The notes below the pieces were generated by a model. That model saw only the letters and a list, made by a program, of their open reading frames with translations. It did no database searches and was not told the DNA's origin. A DNA stretch of 63,991 nucleotides, counting the filler, from Rhabdomonas costata (Eukaryota): assembly GCA_019059605.1 (NCBI GenBank). It is 12 parts of 12 records of this genome, joined end to end, with 100 filler letters (N's around TTAATTAATTAA, not from the genome) between each part and the next. Parts side by side here need not be neighbours in the genome. Positions count along the whole stretch, not along the records: positions 48,958 to 54,111 come from JAHMHO010000092.1; positions 54,212 to 59,359 come from JAHMHO010000093.1; positions 59,460 to 63,991 come from JAHMHO010000212.1; 9 more parts are not named here. One strand, 5' to 3'. Positions within the stretch are counted from its first letter, which is position 1, and each line of letters begins with the position of its first letter. Below are positions 48,958 through 60,484 of the stretch, piece after piece. Made by a program: the position numbers and the translations under genes.

Positions 48958-51634
48958 GGTGGGTGTTGGGAAGGCGACACACGCGTCCCCTGGGATTCCA
49001 ACAGAAGGGGCATGGGTTACACGTCTAATGGTCGTATAATGCCGCCCCCCCCCCCAAACTGTGCATGACCCAAGGTATCCGCGCAACGGCGCATGACATA
49101 ATGACATTTTTTTCTCGTGCAGTACAAGACTTTATGGGGGGGGAGGGGGTGTCAGGAATTTTCAGCCTTTTACAGAGATTAAAACGATTGCTGATGCACA
49201 AGTTGCACCCCACACACCATCTTGTGGCGAAGGCTTCGCTCACGGCGCTCGATGTTCCGAATAGCTGCGGAGAGCTGATTGGACACCTCCGGTCTTTGCT
49301 CTGAGAGGAAGGATAACACCAGACCTCAGTCGCGAGGAAGAATGACTGACGATGCCCTTCTCCTCCCACAAAACAAGGTGCATGGGTGCTGACCGCGCAC
49401 GACTTCATCCCACCAAATCAACGTGACGGAAGCACCACCGGGGGAAGTGTAGCCATTTCAAAAAAAAACGGTGGGAAGGCCTGGCGAAACCACGAAACCA
49501 GGTGTGGACAGAACAAACCGCAGTGCTTCTGTGCCACCTTGCATCTGCAACTATATCTGCAACCGTGGGTCCACTTATTCATGACGAGGGGCCCCGCATA
49601 ATTATCTTGACCCCACATGTGAGAAGCAAATGCAGTTGTCACAGAAAGTCCCAGCTAAACTCATCACACGATTTTCATGGGCAGCTTCGGAAATAACTCC
49701 GCCTTCTGAGCCAAGGGGTTCGGCGCGTGGTGCAACAGTTTCTGGGGAGACCTCTGCCTTAACCTGGGCTTCCTCAGCGAGTTGCAGCAGACGGGGCCAC
49801 GAAATCGAAGGAAACCAGGAGGACTGTGCATCAGGCAGTGGCAGCGAGATCCGAACCCTTGGGAGAAAAAAGCAGATTTCCTGAAGCGAAACGGCGGGTT
49901 TGACGGTGGTACAATCTCAGAAAAAGATCAACTTCCAAAGCCTCCCTTGGCAAACGGGATAGGATTTGATAAAATTCATCGTGAGCACAACCTGTCACCA
50001 CAAATCAAGTGTTCGTGTCACCATAACAGACAAAAAGACAAGCAACCTGATGCAGGAGGCGTTCGCGAGGCTGCTCATTGTCAAAAACAAACCAAATCCG
50101 GGGGGTAACTGTCAACAATGACGCTGCGGAAATTCATCGACCGCAACTTGTGAAACCCAGCCCAATAGCAGAGCTTGAGAAGACTCCTCGGGATTTTGAA
50201 ACTACAACAGTCCCGTCTTTTACAATGTTCACAAAAAAAACTGCGGCTCATTTGTGAAATTCATGTGCTTTCAATTTTACAGAAAACGCAGTCGGATAAG
50301 ACATTAACCTCTCTTTTCTGTTGAGAGCTTGGAGCTCTTCCGCTTCCAACAACAATGTTTGTGAAAGGAAACTCCTAATTGGCTGCAGCATTCCCCACAC
50401 ATGCGATGAATCGGGAGAGCGCCCTGGGGGCTTTATAGCAACAGCCGAAATGAGACCCTGAGCTCTCACTTAGGCAAGACTGGGAACGAGCAATTCCCAA
50501 CAACGCGGGGGCACTCTGTTTCCACCAAGGTGTATGGCCAGAACAGGTCGAACTTCCCATAGTCGAACTGAGCGGGCATTTTGACAGGGTAGGAGCCGAT
50601 ACTCCTGACCGAAAGTTTCGTCACGACTCACATCATAAAGTAAGCATTCTCGCGAAGCAACCGGTTCAGAAAAGTACCCCAAGGGTATGAGTTCAGTAAT
50701 CACGCATCGATAGAAATCACGACATGATACACTGTTTACAAAACGCTGCGGCTGAAGCTGCAAGCAACGAGCATCGCAGTGCTCCCCAAACACATCTACA
50801 AAAGACGGGTCCCTCGTAGTCGAAGGAATCCATCAATCAATCATACCGACTGCCACTGCGTAACCGAGGCACCGAGCACAGTATCTTCGGAACTGGAAAA
50901 ACTTCCAGAAGCGTTCGATCAAATCCAAATGCCGCTGCAAGGAGGTACTGTCAGCTGGCACCCGACACTAAGGGAAAGACAACAAATAGGAAGAAGTGGA
51001 GTATCGTATCATAGATCTTTCTTTCTTGCCGGGTGATAATGATTCTAAGCACGTCCCCGAAAAGCGATTTAGGCAAAAGCGCCGATTTACTTCACATATG
51101 TGCAGATATGAACCAAGTTATGCCTTTCAGCACTGGACAATACAATTCGCACCACACCAGATCCGTCACACCCGAGATACATCATAAACATTGTCCGCCC
51201 CACCGTAAAAGTGAGGGTTTTTGAGATGGTATCTAACGGGGGCGTTTTTACTTAACAGGCGATATTTACTAACAAAAAAGTCCACTGTGGAATTTCTGAT
51301 GAAATGTTACATTTTGAGCAGCTTTGTGGCAATAGGTATCTTCGCAAACGTCGCACTGAGAAGGCTACATAGTGACATGGTTTTCTCTCATGGCACGCGA
51401 CTTTGTGAGTGTTTCCGGGAATTTTCAGGCTTTTTCGGACATTAAAACGACCTTAATAGTGTCATCACATCTCGCCTTTGAAATTCCGAGGTCAGTTTTT
51501 TCCGAATTATCGCTTCTGCTGTAACTCTCACTGACATGACGCGCGCAATATATTACAAAAAATGGGTTACCTTGGGCACAGTAGCCACTCCTCCTAAGTC
51601 AGCGCAAAGTCGGATTGGGAGCGAGGCGTACAGG

Positions 51635-53878
51635 TCATCGAACTGGCAACCAACGAGGTGGAGGGGGGAGGACACAGCCGTCTCATGGTGGCGGCGCGGG
51701 AGACGGCGGGGAGGACGTTGAAGGGGCCACCGGCCGCCTGGGGTTCCTGTCACGGGTGAAGTTGTACAGGGTCTGCCCTTGGGCGCCCACGAAGCGCAGC
51801 GAAAACGAGCCGGGGCGAACATCGACGCTGGCGAACCCGCCTGGGCACACCGGCCCGAACTTCTGGGAACCTGAATACAGTCAAAGCACAGCCGTCGCGT
51901 GTGCTGCTGCTAGAGAAAATGATCAGTCGTAATGCTAGTTTCCCTTGCACAGCTTCGCGATTACAGGTGTACCGCCCTTTCGCCCCTGTGAGAATCGCCC
52001 GTCAACCCCCTCCGTAGCCTCAGGAGACGAGACAGGAATGAATATCTCACGGGCGTGTGCGGTTCGTGCTGCAAAGCTCTGGAGCTCGAGTGGAAGCTCC
52101 TCCACGACTGCCTAACCCCCTCGAATACTGCGGCTTGGCGAATACTCCCGACTTGGACAAGCCGCAAAAAGAATTCATACAGCATACAGTGATGTCAAAG
52201 CCCCATATGTACTCGGTTCCATGGAAGCAGTGGTCCAACACAAGCTAGTGCGGCGAACGCGCAGTGATGGTTGCGTGAGAAGCGAGACATCGTGTGTGTG
52301 TGTGTGTGTCTGTGTGCTCTTGCCTGGAGGGATAGTGGAGGCGTAGCGCCTCGTGCAGGTGGCAACTCCGCCATTCCCGCTGACAATGTACTCCACACCG
52401 TTGACAGAGATGTGCTGCAGGGAGTGGTCGTGACCGCTCAGATAGGCCACAACCTATACCACAAAAAAAACAGCCGAAGAGCTACGACAAGGGGAAAACG
52501 TGCTCAAAGGCAAGGCGGCAGGGAATCCACACCAGTTCAGCGCAAGAACAAGTTGCACACGAAGAGGGTAAAAGGTAAACATGAATCAATTGAGACGCCA
52601 ACGCTGATCCTTCAGGGCCACCGGGGCGACCCATAACCTACGGAGGTGCACTTCACTCAAGCACACCTTGCATCACACAGAAAGAGGCAAAGCGGACTGG
52701 CAATAATGGGTCAGGACCCTTGAATGAGTCTTTGGGGACAAACGGGGTGGGAGCAGACCCCATGCTTGTGGAACAGGGGAGTGAGCAGGTCGCGGAGAAT
52801 TCCGGAGCTTGCGTAGCGGTTGCTGGACCAAATGTGATGGTGGCCCAGCACCATCACCCAGGTCGCCGGAGACGAGGAGAGGCGTTCCTCCAGCCAATGC
52901 ATCTGTGCAAAGCGGTTTAGGTGGTAGGACGGTGGCACTGGAGGGGGTCAAGCATTGCAAGGCCAATAAAAAAGGAACTTCCTGAGGGCCGACCACGTTC
53001 ATTGGTGATATAAAGGTGGGAAGGACACGAGGGACTGGTGGCTAGGTCCAAATAACGCTGAGTTTTCTGCATTTGTGTTACCGGGTTTCTTACGGCGCTG
53101 CATATCAAGACATCGTGCTACAATAAGTCCTCGGAGTTCAGGTACGCGACCGGGTTGGTATTTGGGCCTAGAGTACTACTAAATGCAGCAGCTCTTCTTT
53201 TTCGGGGGAAATTTTTTGTCTCATTCTGACACAAAGCCCCGCAGCCATTCTGCTTGAATGCGAGCGAAGAGGAGTTGCGATCCAAGAGAAAGAGAAAGAG
53301 AAGCAAGCGGTTCAGCCAGAGAAGAGTAAAACCTGCTTCTCAAAACCTTCCATATACCGTCCGTGAAAGGGATGTCTCCGCGCTGGGTCACCATGAGGGA
53401 TTCGCAGACTCTTGACGTGAAGCAGAGGAGTGTCCTGGGCGAACCCCCCCCCCCACACACACACTGCGGGAACTTCATCGCAATACTCACACTTTACCGT
53501 TAATGACTAAAAAAGCCCTGGTTCGATGAAGGGTACCCTGCAGACGGCTAGCCAGTCTTCCCAAAAACAGAAGCGCACCGAAAGCGACTTTCCCAAAGTC
53601 TCCAAGCAAATCACTGTCACCCAGGGTATTGCTTTTGTTCAGTGTCGGGCATTTCGAAACATAAAATGATGGTCAGAAACGCAACAAACAGGAAAACAAG
53701 AGGACGGGTTTTGGTCTCAAGAGAAGAAACGTCGGTTTTGGAAGAAAACACCAATTTTCTCAAGGGCATTTGAAAGGAAGGTATCGCGCACCAGCACAAT
53801 AAGATGGAGCATTGGAGTTGCGGTAGAGCTGTCAGGCTCGGAGTAAAACATGTCGTAGTAGATGAATGGCTGATACCA
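51635..53878 (-). CDS. Purple/tartrate-resistant acid phosphatase (ACP5-like metallophosphoesterase), 3' exons 53792-53878, 53333-53434, 52759-52902, 52324-52453, 51635-51870; 5' part off contig
   Basis: WYQPFIYY...LIVL|DTPLL...Q|MHWLEERL...WVMVLGHHHIWS...HG|VVAYLSGHDHSLQH...YIVSGNGG...GGFASV...GQTLY, including the GHH and GHDH metal motifs. One intron is GC-AG. Confidence 0.88.
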
Positions 53879-54111
53879 CTGCGCGCAAGCATGCGTACAT
53901 TATGTGTGTGGGTGGTTTTGCTTGTGCGCATGGGAAAGCAAAAAAAAGTGCAGCCAGTATGTTTGCAAAATGCTGGGATACAGCAGGACACAGCCATGCA
54001 ACACCGGCAAAAATGGGTCCCAAAAAAAACTTCCATATATAACCCACCCCACGACAAAGTTTAGAGCACGAACATAAGCTGCGTGACTGACACGAAACAG
54101 GAAAACCCACA

Positions 54112-54211
54112 NNNNNNNNNNNNNNNNNNNNNNNNNNNNNNNNNNNNNNNNNNNNTTAATTAATTAANNNNNNNNNNNNNNNNNNNNNNNNNNNNNNNNN
54201 NNNNNNNNNNN
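54112..54211. other. Artificial contig linker
   Basis: N44-TTAATTAATTAA-N44. Confidence 0.98.
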
Positions 54212-55311
54212 AAGGTGAATTTTCATGTGTTTAACATGGGGTGGCGCTTCTCAGCGCACCGTCGCCCGATGCCATCGAGCTCCCTCGATGAAGATGGCCG
54301 CGTGGGGCGCGTGACCATCTGCTGCCCAAGACATCCTGGCGGGAGGGCGGTGCAGTATCGTGACAAGAACCCCTTTTTAAAATCGAACTTTCCCTATTCA
54401 TACTTTTCATCTTGCTGGAAATCATGGCAGACAACCTGGGCTTTGGACTGTTTAACACATCTCAAAAATTGAGTACGCAGTGTGGCTAGAAGCACGGACA
54501 AAACAAGGCAAATACAATGTGGGCTGGTTATGCCCATTGTCTTGTGATACGGGTGTGACATCCCCTCCTCAGAGGCGCGCTCCTGAAGCTGCCCTCTCCC
54601 CCCTGCCTCTCCGATTCCTGCATTACATTATGGAACCTGCGCCTTTTTTCTTTTCCCTTTTTTCACATACGTTGTGGAAAGCAAGGGACCTCCGTTTTTT
54701 TTGCCCCCCGTGCGCTGCTGTGTGGTAGCCCTTCGGGTGGAGATTTCCTTCTCGTGCCAACGCGTGTGTTCCGGCGTGTGTTGGCCCCCTCCCCCTTTGC
54801 GCTTGGTTCACTATTGGTTTGAAGCCCTCCATCTGACCTCATCCCTCTGACCTCTGCTACAGTTTCCGCTGAGTTGCTGTGCAGTTGGTCGCTGCTGAGT
54901 TTCTGTATGATGGAACCCCTGGTTTGAGCCCTGACAGAGCACCTGATTTTTTTAAGAGCATGGTAGTCTCCGAAGGCGAAGCCCCAGCATTGACCCTTGA
55001 AAGCAAAAAGCGAAAGCGGCGGCATGGGCCTTCCGTCTTTTCAAGTGGTTCCCAATTGTTCAAAGACGCAACATGATTTGTATTGTTTCTTCAACGGGCT
55101 GATTTTGTGGTCACCACCATTTTCGTTCACACACACACATGAAAGATATCTTGCTTGTTTCTGTGCGCTGAATTGTCGTCCCGAGTCCCAGGGTCTGGTC
55201 CGTATGCCATAGATTTCCATATGATGGGTAGCCGCGTTTCTTATCTGAGCAGAGGGACTTTCGTTTTTGTGGGTTTGCCTTGTGTGTCTTCTGTTTTGAT
55301 TGGTTTGTACA

Positions 55312-58300
55312 ATGGATAAGCAATACTTGAACAAGCATAAGATTCCGGAGCTGATCAACGAGGTGATTCTGCAGCTGGTGTGAATGTGTGTGTGGATGTG
55401 GAGGCGACAATCCGAAGAGCCAATTCAGTGGTCAGAAACAAGAGAAATAAAGTCACCGAGCGAAAGAAGGACCAAGACTCTGCATTCACTCACTGAGACC
55501 TGCAAACGCAAACCATACGCGCTGGCCTATCTCAGCGTGCTGGCCGGGAGAGTGCTCTCAGCAGCAAGCGAAATTCCTTTAGGCCTGGCGGAGGCGGCTG
55601 GAAAGCCGGCGGAAAATGAGCAGCGCAGGAGCCCTCTTGAAAATTCGGGTGTTTGAGATTGAGGGGCTTGAAGGGGAGGCTGAAAACACGCCTTGGCCTC
55701 TTCTTTCTGGGTTTTTTGTGGACTGCCTTGTATGGGGCTTTTCCGGCATGTCGGTTTTCTTTTTGCGCGCAAATAAGGTGGAGCTTCGTCCCGCTGACCC
55801 CAAGACCTTCCTCGCCAATGCCATTCTTCATACTTGTGAGGTGTTGCTGTGTTTTCTCTGGGTCTCTGGGTGTTGCTCTGTGTTTCTCTCAAAGGTGTAG
55901 TGCTGCCTGCGTTTTGAGGCAGCAGCCTCACATAGGAGTCTAGGCAACTGATGCACTCACTCGCGCTCACGCTGAGGTTATGGTGGCTGTAGTTTTTTAG
56001 GCGCAGAAATGGGGTTGGTCGAATCTCTGGGACTAGTTATGCAGCACGATCGTTGGAAGAAGAGGTCAATGAAGCGCCCTATACATAACCCAGTGTCAGC
56101 CAAACCCCGTGGGTTGGATTGGTTGTGTTATGCTTTAGTGGTCTGGTCCTTTTACGTTTACTTGCGCGGCGGCAGTCATGTTCCGTTGCCTGGTTTGGAG
56201 GTTTGCTGGTTGTTGTTTGGTTTTGAAAAAGGCTGCGACGACAGGTTAACTTTGGGTAGGCCCAGGGCAGCTGGAGCGATTCGTTGTTCTGAGGATTTCA
56301 GTAGCTCGGCTACAGGCTTGTTCCTGGTGACTGGTATTGGTTTTTGCCACCAAAGGTTGACACGGGGTACCCCGAGCTCACCGGCAAGGCCAACCTCCTC
56401 AGCCGCTGCCTCACCCCTGCGCTGTATGAAAAGCTAAAGGCGGTGCGGACTAGCAGCGGATTCACTCTGGACCGAGCCATCCAGGTTGGGGTGGATGGTG
56501 GTGCGGAGGGCGAGCCCGGGGTGGTCGCCGGTGTGTTCCTTGCCTGTGTGGGCGCATGCCTGGGTTGCGTTGGATTGCCCATGTGTCCTCGGCCACCACT
56601 TATTCCTCGTGCCACCTGAATGTCAGAGGTAATAAAGTAGGACTAGGACAGGCAGTTTAGCGGTAGTAAGAAGTTTCACCTTGTGATGGATGTCGATAGG
56701 GCTGCGGTAATTGTAGTATCCTACTCGTCCGCCCCTACACCAGCCCTTAGTTATTCCATGACCATCAGTAGTTGAGCTGCTAAGCAACCACAATCATTTC
56801 GAGGGTGCAGTCCTGCCTTGCCTGACCCTTTTCAAGCTCATTCAGCTCCGATCCCCCCACCCTCCACCCCCGCCTGGGCAAGTATTTTGCTTTGCTAAAC
56901 ACTGCGTTGCTTGTCTCTCTTTCACACCATCAAGCAGCGCAACCTTCGAGGTTGGATTGCGCGATGCGACGGGGGACGTGCTATCCATTTTGTCCAGGGT
57001 GTCTTGTTCCGCGGAACGCAGCACAGTGGCCCAAAATCCTGAGTGTTTTTTGTGAGTTAGAGATTCAATATGTTTCCGCTGACGTAGCGGTTTCGACCAT
57101 GGGAGGGGTGCAGGATCCCACCATCACACCTGTCACTGTATGTGGAAAGGGGACAAAGGGAGACAGAACGAGACGGTGGGAGGCCCTGATGTTCACGATG
57201 CAAGTCGTGTCGCCAGCAAACGGTTTGCGGCGCGGTTGCCACCCTGAGCTCATGCACGATCCATCGCAAATCAAATTACAAAAGGCAATTAACGCCAAAA
57301 AAAAGCTCTACAAGAAAAGCATGCGAAAACGATTCTTCCGTTTCGTTTGCAGTTGGCTTTTTTTATTTTTAGTGTCCCCGCACACCGAGTGGTGGTGCCA
57401 CCGACTGCAGTACTCTCCGCACACATAGCACTCTGCGAGCACGTGCCCCACCCCAAAGGAGACGAGGACAGCTACACTGTATTCGCGGAGCTATTCACGC
57501 CTATCATGGAGGCCTATCACCGGCCCTCCGGTGGGCCGGCCATTGCAGAGAAGTTCCGCTCCGACCTCAACCACGGGAAGCTCACGGGGGGCCTCCTCAG
57601 TGACCTCCACGTGGTCTCCTGCAGAATCCGAACGGTTTGAGCTAGGGCTGGTTTTTTATCTTTTGATCGGAAGTGTGTTATGAATCAGTGACGGCAATTG
57701 TCAAGTGCTATAATATGGCCAGACATTTTTTCGACTGTTCCGTGGTGGATTATTCAGTTCACAGGGATTTCAGTTAGCTGTGATGACGGCCAAAGTTCGG
57801 CAAATGGTTCGCAAACTTTTGTTTCGCCACAGAGGAGAGGAAAAGACATTCGTCTCATGGGTCATGATACTGCAGTTTTGGTGCCGTGGCGGCGTGTATT
57901 GTCCGCAAAAACGTCTCTGTGGGGTGGGAGAGGGTTCCGGAACAAAGGACAAATCTGTAATGTGATCTGTAAAGTGGTCAAGAGAAAGTGGCGAAACATC
58001 AATTTATCAGTTTATAGAAAAAGAAGTCTCTGTACAAATTGGAAGTGAACCCGATATGCGATCCTTTGCCTCCTGTGTGGGACCGAACTGTGCATCGGGC
58101 CACCTCCCCCACCCCCGCCGCTTGTTTTGCCTTATCTTGTCAGCTCATTTCTTTCGCTGTCCTTGACTACGACTCTCAATCTTCTCTGTCGTCGTCTTTA
58201 TCTTCGTCTTCGCCTTCGTCTTCACCTTCGTCTTCGTCTTCGTCTTCGTCTTTTGCTTTCATCTGTCTTTCCCCTTTCCCTTGCTCTCTGTGGTGGACGG

Positions 58301-58469
58301 GTGCTTTTAGGTGCGGAATCTCCGGGGTTACGCTCTGCTGCCGCAGTGCAGCCGCAGGGAGCGCCGTGAGGTGGAGGCCCTAGTCTGCGGGGCCTGCGGG
58401 GAGCTCCCGGACGACCTCGCGGGCACGGTGGCCCCACTGGTCAGGCTTCCCGAGGAGCTCAGCCGCCTG
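55312..58469 (+). CDS. ATP:guanido phosphotransferase (creatine-kinase-like phosphagen kinase) with N-terminal D/D docking domain; exons 55312-55377, 55778-55840, 56356-56530, 57459-57634, 58311-58469; 3' part off contig
   Basis: YPELT...LLSRCLTPALYEKL...TSSGFTLDRAIQVGVD...GVVAG|DEDSYTVFAELFTPIMEAYH...VVSCRIRT|VRNLRGYALLPQCSRRERREVE. All junctions are GT-AG and in phase. Confidence 0.88.
58189..58252 (+). repeat. (TCTTCG)n microsatellite within an intron
   Basis: Directly visible. Confidence 0.9.
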
Positions 58470-59359
58470 GTATGTGTGTGCTTCACAATCAACTGTGATC
58501 GGGCCCTGCTCAGGGCACTGGGTTGTTCGATTTTAGCTGCAGCTTTCGCGATCGCATCTGATGAGTCTCGTAGTCTGCCATTTTCTGGGGGTTCTTCGGT
58601 TTGGTGACCCCACCACCACTATCCAGGGTTGGATAGTGCATCGTGCATCTATCTGGATAGTGATCACTATCCATCGCTATTTTGTTAATAAATGATAGTA
58701 TCCAGCTTGCAAGATTCCACAGCTGTAATGAAGCCCAGGGGCACCCCCCCCCCCGCTACTGCTGCGGCTGGCCTTGCACCCAAAAATATTTCGGTCCCTT
58801 TTGTACAGCAATGTCCTGGGAACCGTCATCACCCGTCAAAGGGCAAAGTCGCCGAAGTTCGCCGCGCTCCGCTGTGTGTGTGTGGGGGGGGTCGCCAAAC
58901 AGATTAAACCCTTTTTCTGACAGCCCGTGAGAGTGAGCTGTCATAGGTCTTCTTATTTCACTGCCCTGTCCCGGCGGGTTGTGTCTCCGCGATTGCGAAT
59001 ACCTACCATCCCCAGAAAGGGCTTCGTGAGTCACTGATGAAATTGTTCTGATTGCGGGGCCAATCCAGCTGAAGAACTGAGGTTCTGAAGTCACCCCCAG
59101 AATGTTTATCGAAGATGTGCTGGTTTGGCCGAACTGCCTCGGCATCCGATTTGTGCGGTCCACACATTTCTTAGTACTCGCCTGGTGTATCTGTGTGTCT
59201 GTGTGTGTGTGTTTGTGTTTGTGTTTTTGAGAGAGAGATAGACCTTTCTCAGTCATCATCTTAAGTCTTAAGTCTCGCGACTGCTCAAGACTGCGTCATC
59301 TCCAGGCAACTTATGTCCCCAACCAGGCACACTACACGCTGCGATGGAGACCCAACCAC

Positions 59360-59459
59360 NNNNNNNNNNNNNNNNNNNNNNNNNNNNNNNNNNNNNNNNN
59401 NNNTTAATTAATTAANNNNNNNNNNNNNNNNNNNNNNNNNNNNNNNNNNNNNNNNNNNN
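59360..59459. other. Artificial contig linker
   Basis: N44-TTAATTAATTAA-N44. Confidence 0.98.
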
Positions 59460-60484
59460 TGTGGTTGTTCTTTCCCGGTGATGACAGTTTTTCTCACTCC
59501 GCTGTCCGTAGGTTTTCTTTTTTTCCGCCCGTTGTACCGCATGCCTTCACCTTCGCACCTGCTCTCCCAGAAGTTCCTTCGAAATCTGAGGGCTTTGTAA
59601 ATATAGTCTTTTTGTTCATGTGTTTGCGGTTGGTTTGTGCTTCTCACCGTTGTTGGGAAGATAAACGTGCACTGGGTTGTACTTGCTGTTGAGTAGAATC
59701 AATAGTAATCTTGCTTAGACGTCCCGCGTTCGGTTGTTTTTTTGTTTCGCAGCTGTCCTGTACGTTGACGTTGGCTCTGTGCTTGCACCGTGCATCCGAT
59801 ACACCTTCCTCTGGTGGGTGTATCGGTATCTGTTGCGTTGTTGACGTTTTTTGAGATAGAACCCCCGAGTTGGCTGTTTAAAAGAGCCCGCCACCCCTCC
59901 AGCTCTCCGCTCTCGGAAGGATGAAGGTCTGATTATCCTCCTGAGGTAATCGTTTTTCCATCACCGCTGTTGTTAAAAACGTGGATTGATCAAAAGACCG
60001 GCTCGATCGGACGATCATTTCTAGCAAATTTCAGATGCGCCAACTTCTCATTACCTGCCGTGTAAATTACATTTTTCCATATGGGTTTGCCGCTTGGCCA
60101 CCGTGGCAACGTGCAGAAATTTTGAATGCAATATGAGTCCATAAACGGAGGTATTTTGTCTCAGCTCTCGGCCATACAGATTCCCGAGGGTCCCGGACGT
60201 GTGTGGCACTGGGCTTTCTATTTGGAACGCTATACCGCTTGACAAAACCATGAGTCGCTACAGACAAGTGCGGCGCATGTCGTTTATGTTCTCGTCGACC
60301 TTGTTTTCCCCCTGACGCAGAGCCCCACATGCCTGCCTTTCTGGCGTTTTTTGCTGAGTCTGACCCTTACTGTGCGGGTATGTGAACATACAGTCTACCG
60401 CCGTTTTCTCTTTGACCTTGCTTTTGCTGCATGCTCTTCTTTTCTTTTCTTTCTTTTTTCTTGTCGTTCACCTTCCATGCGCAG

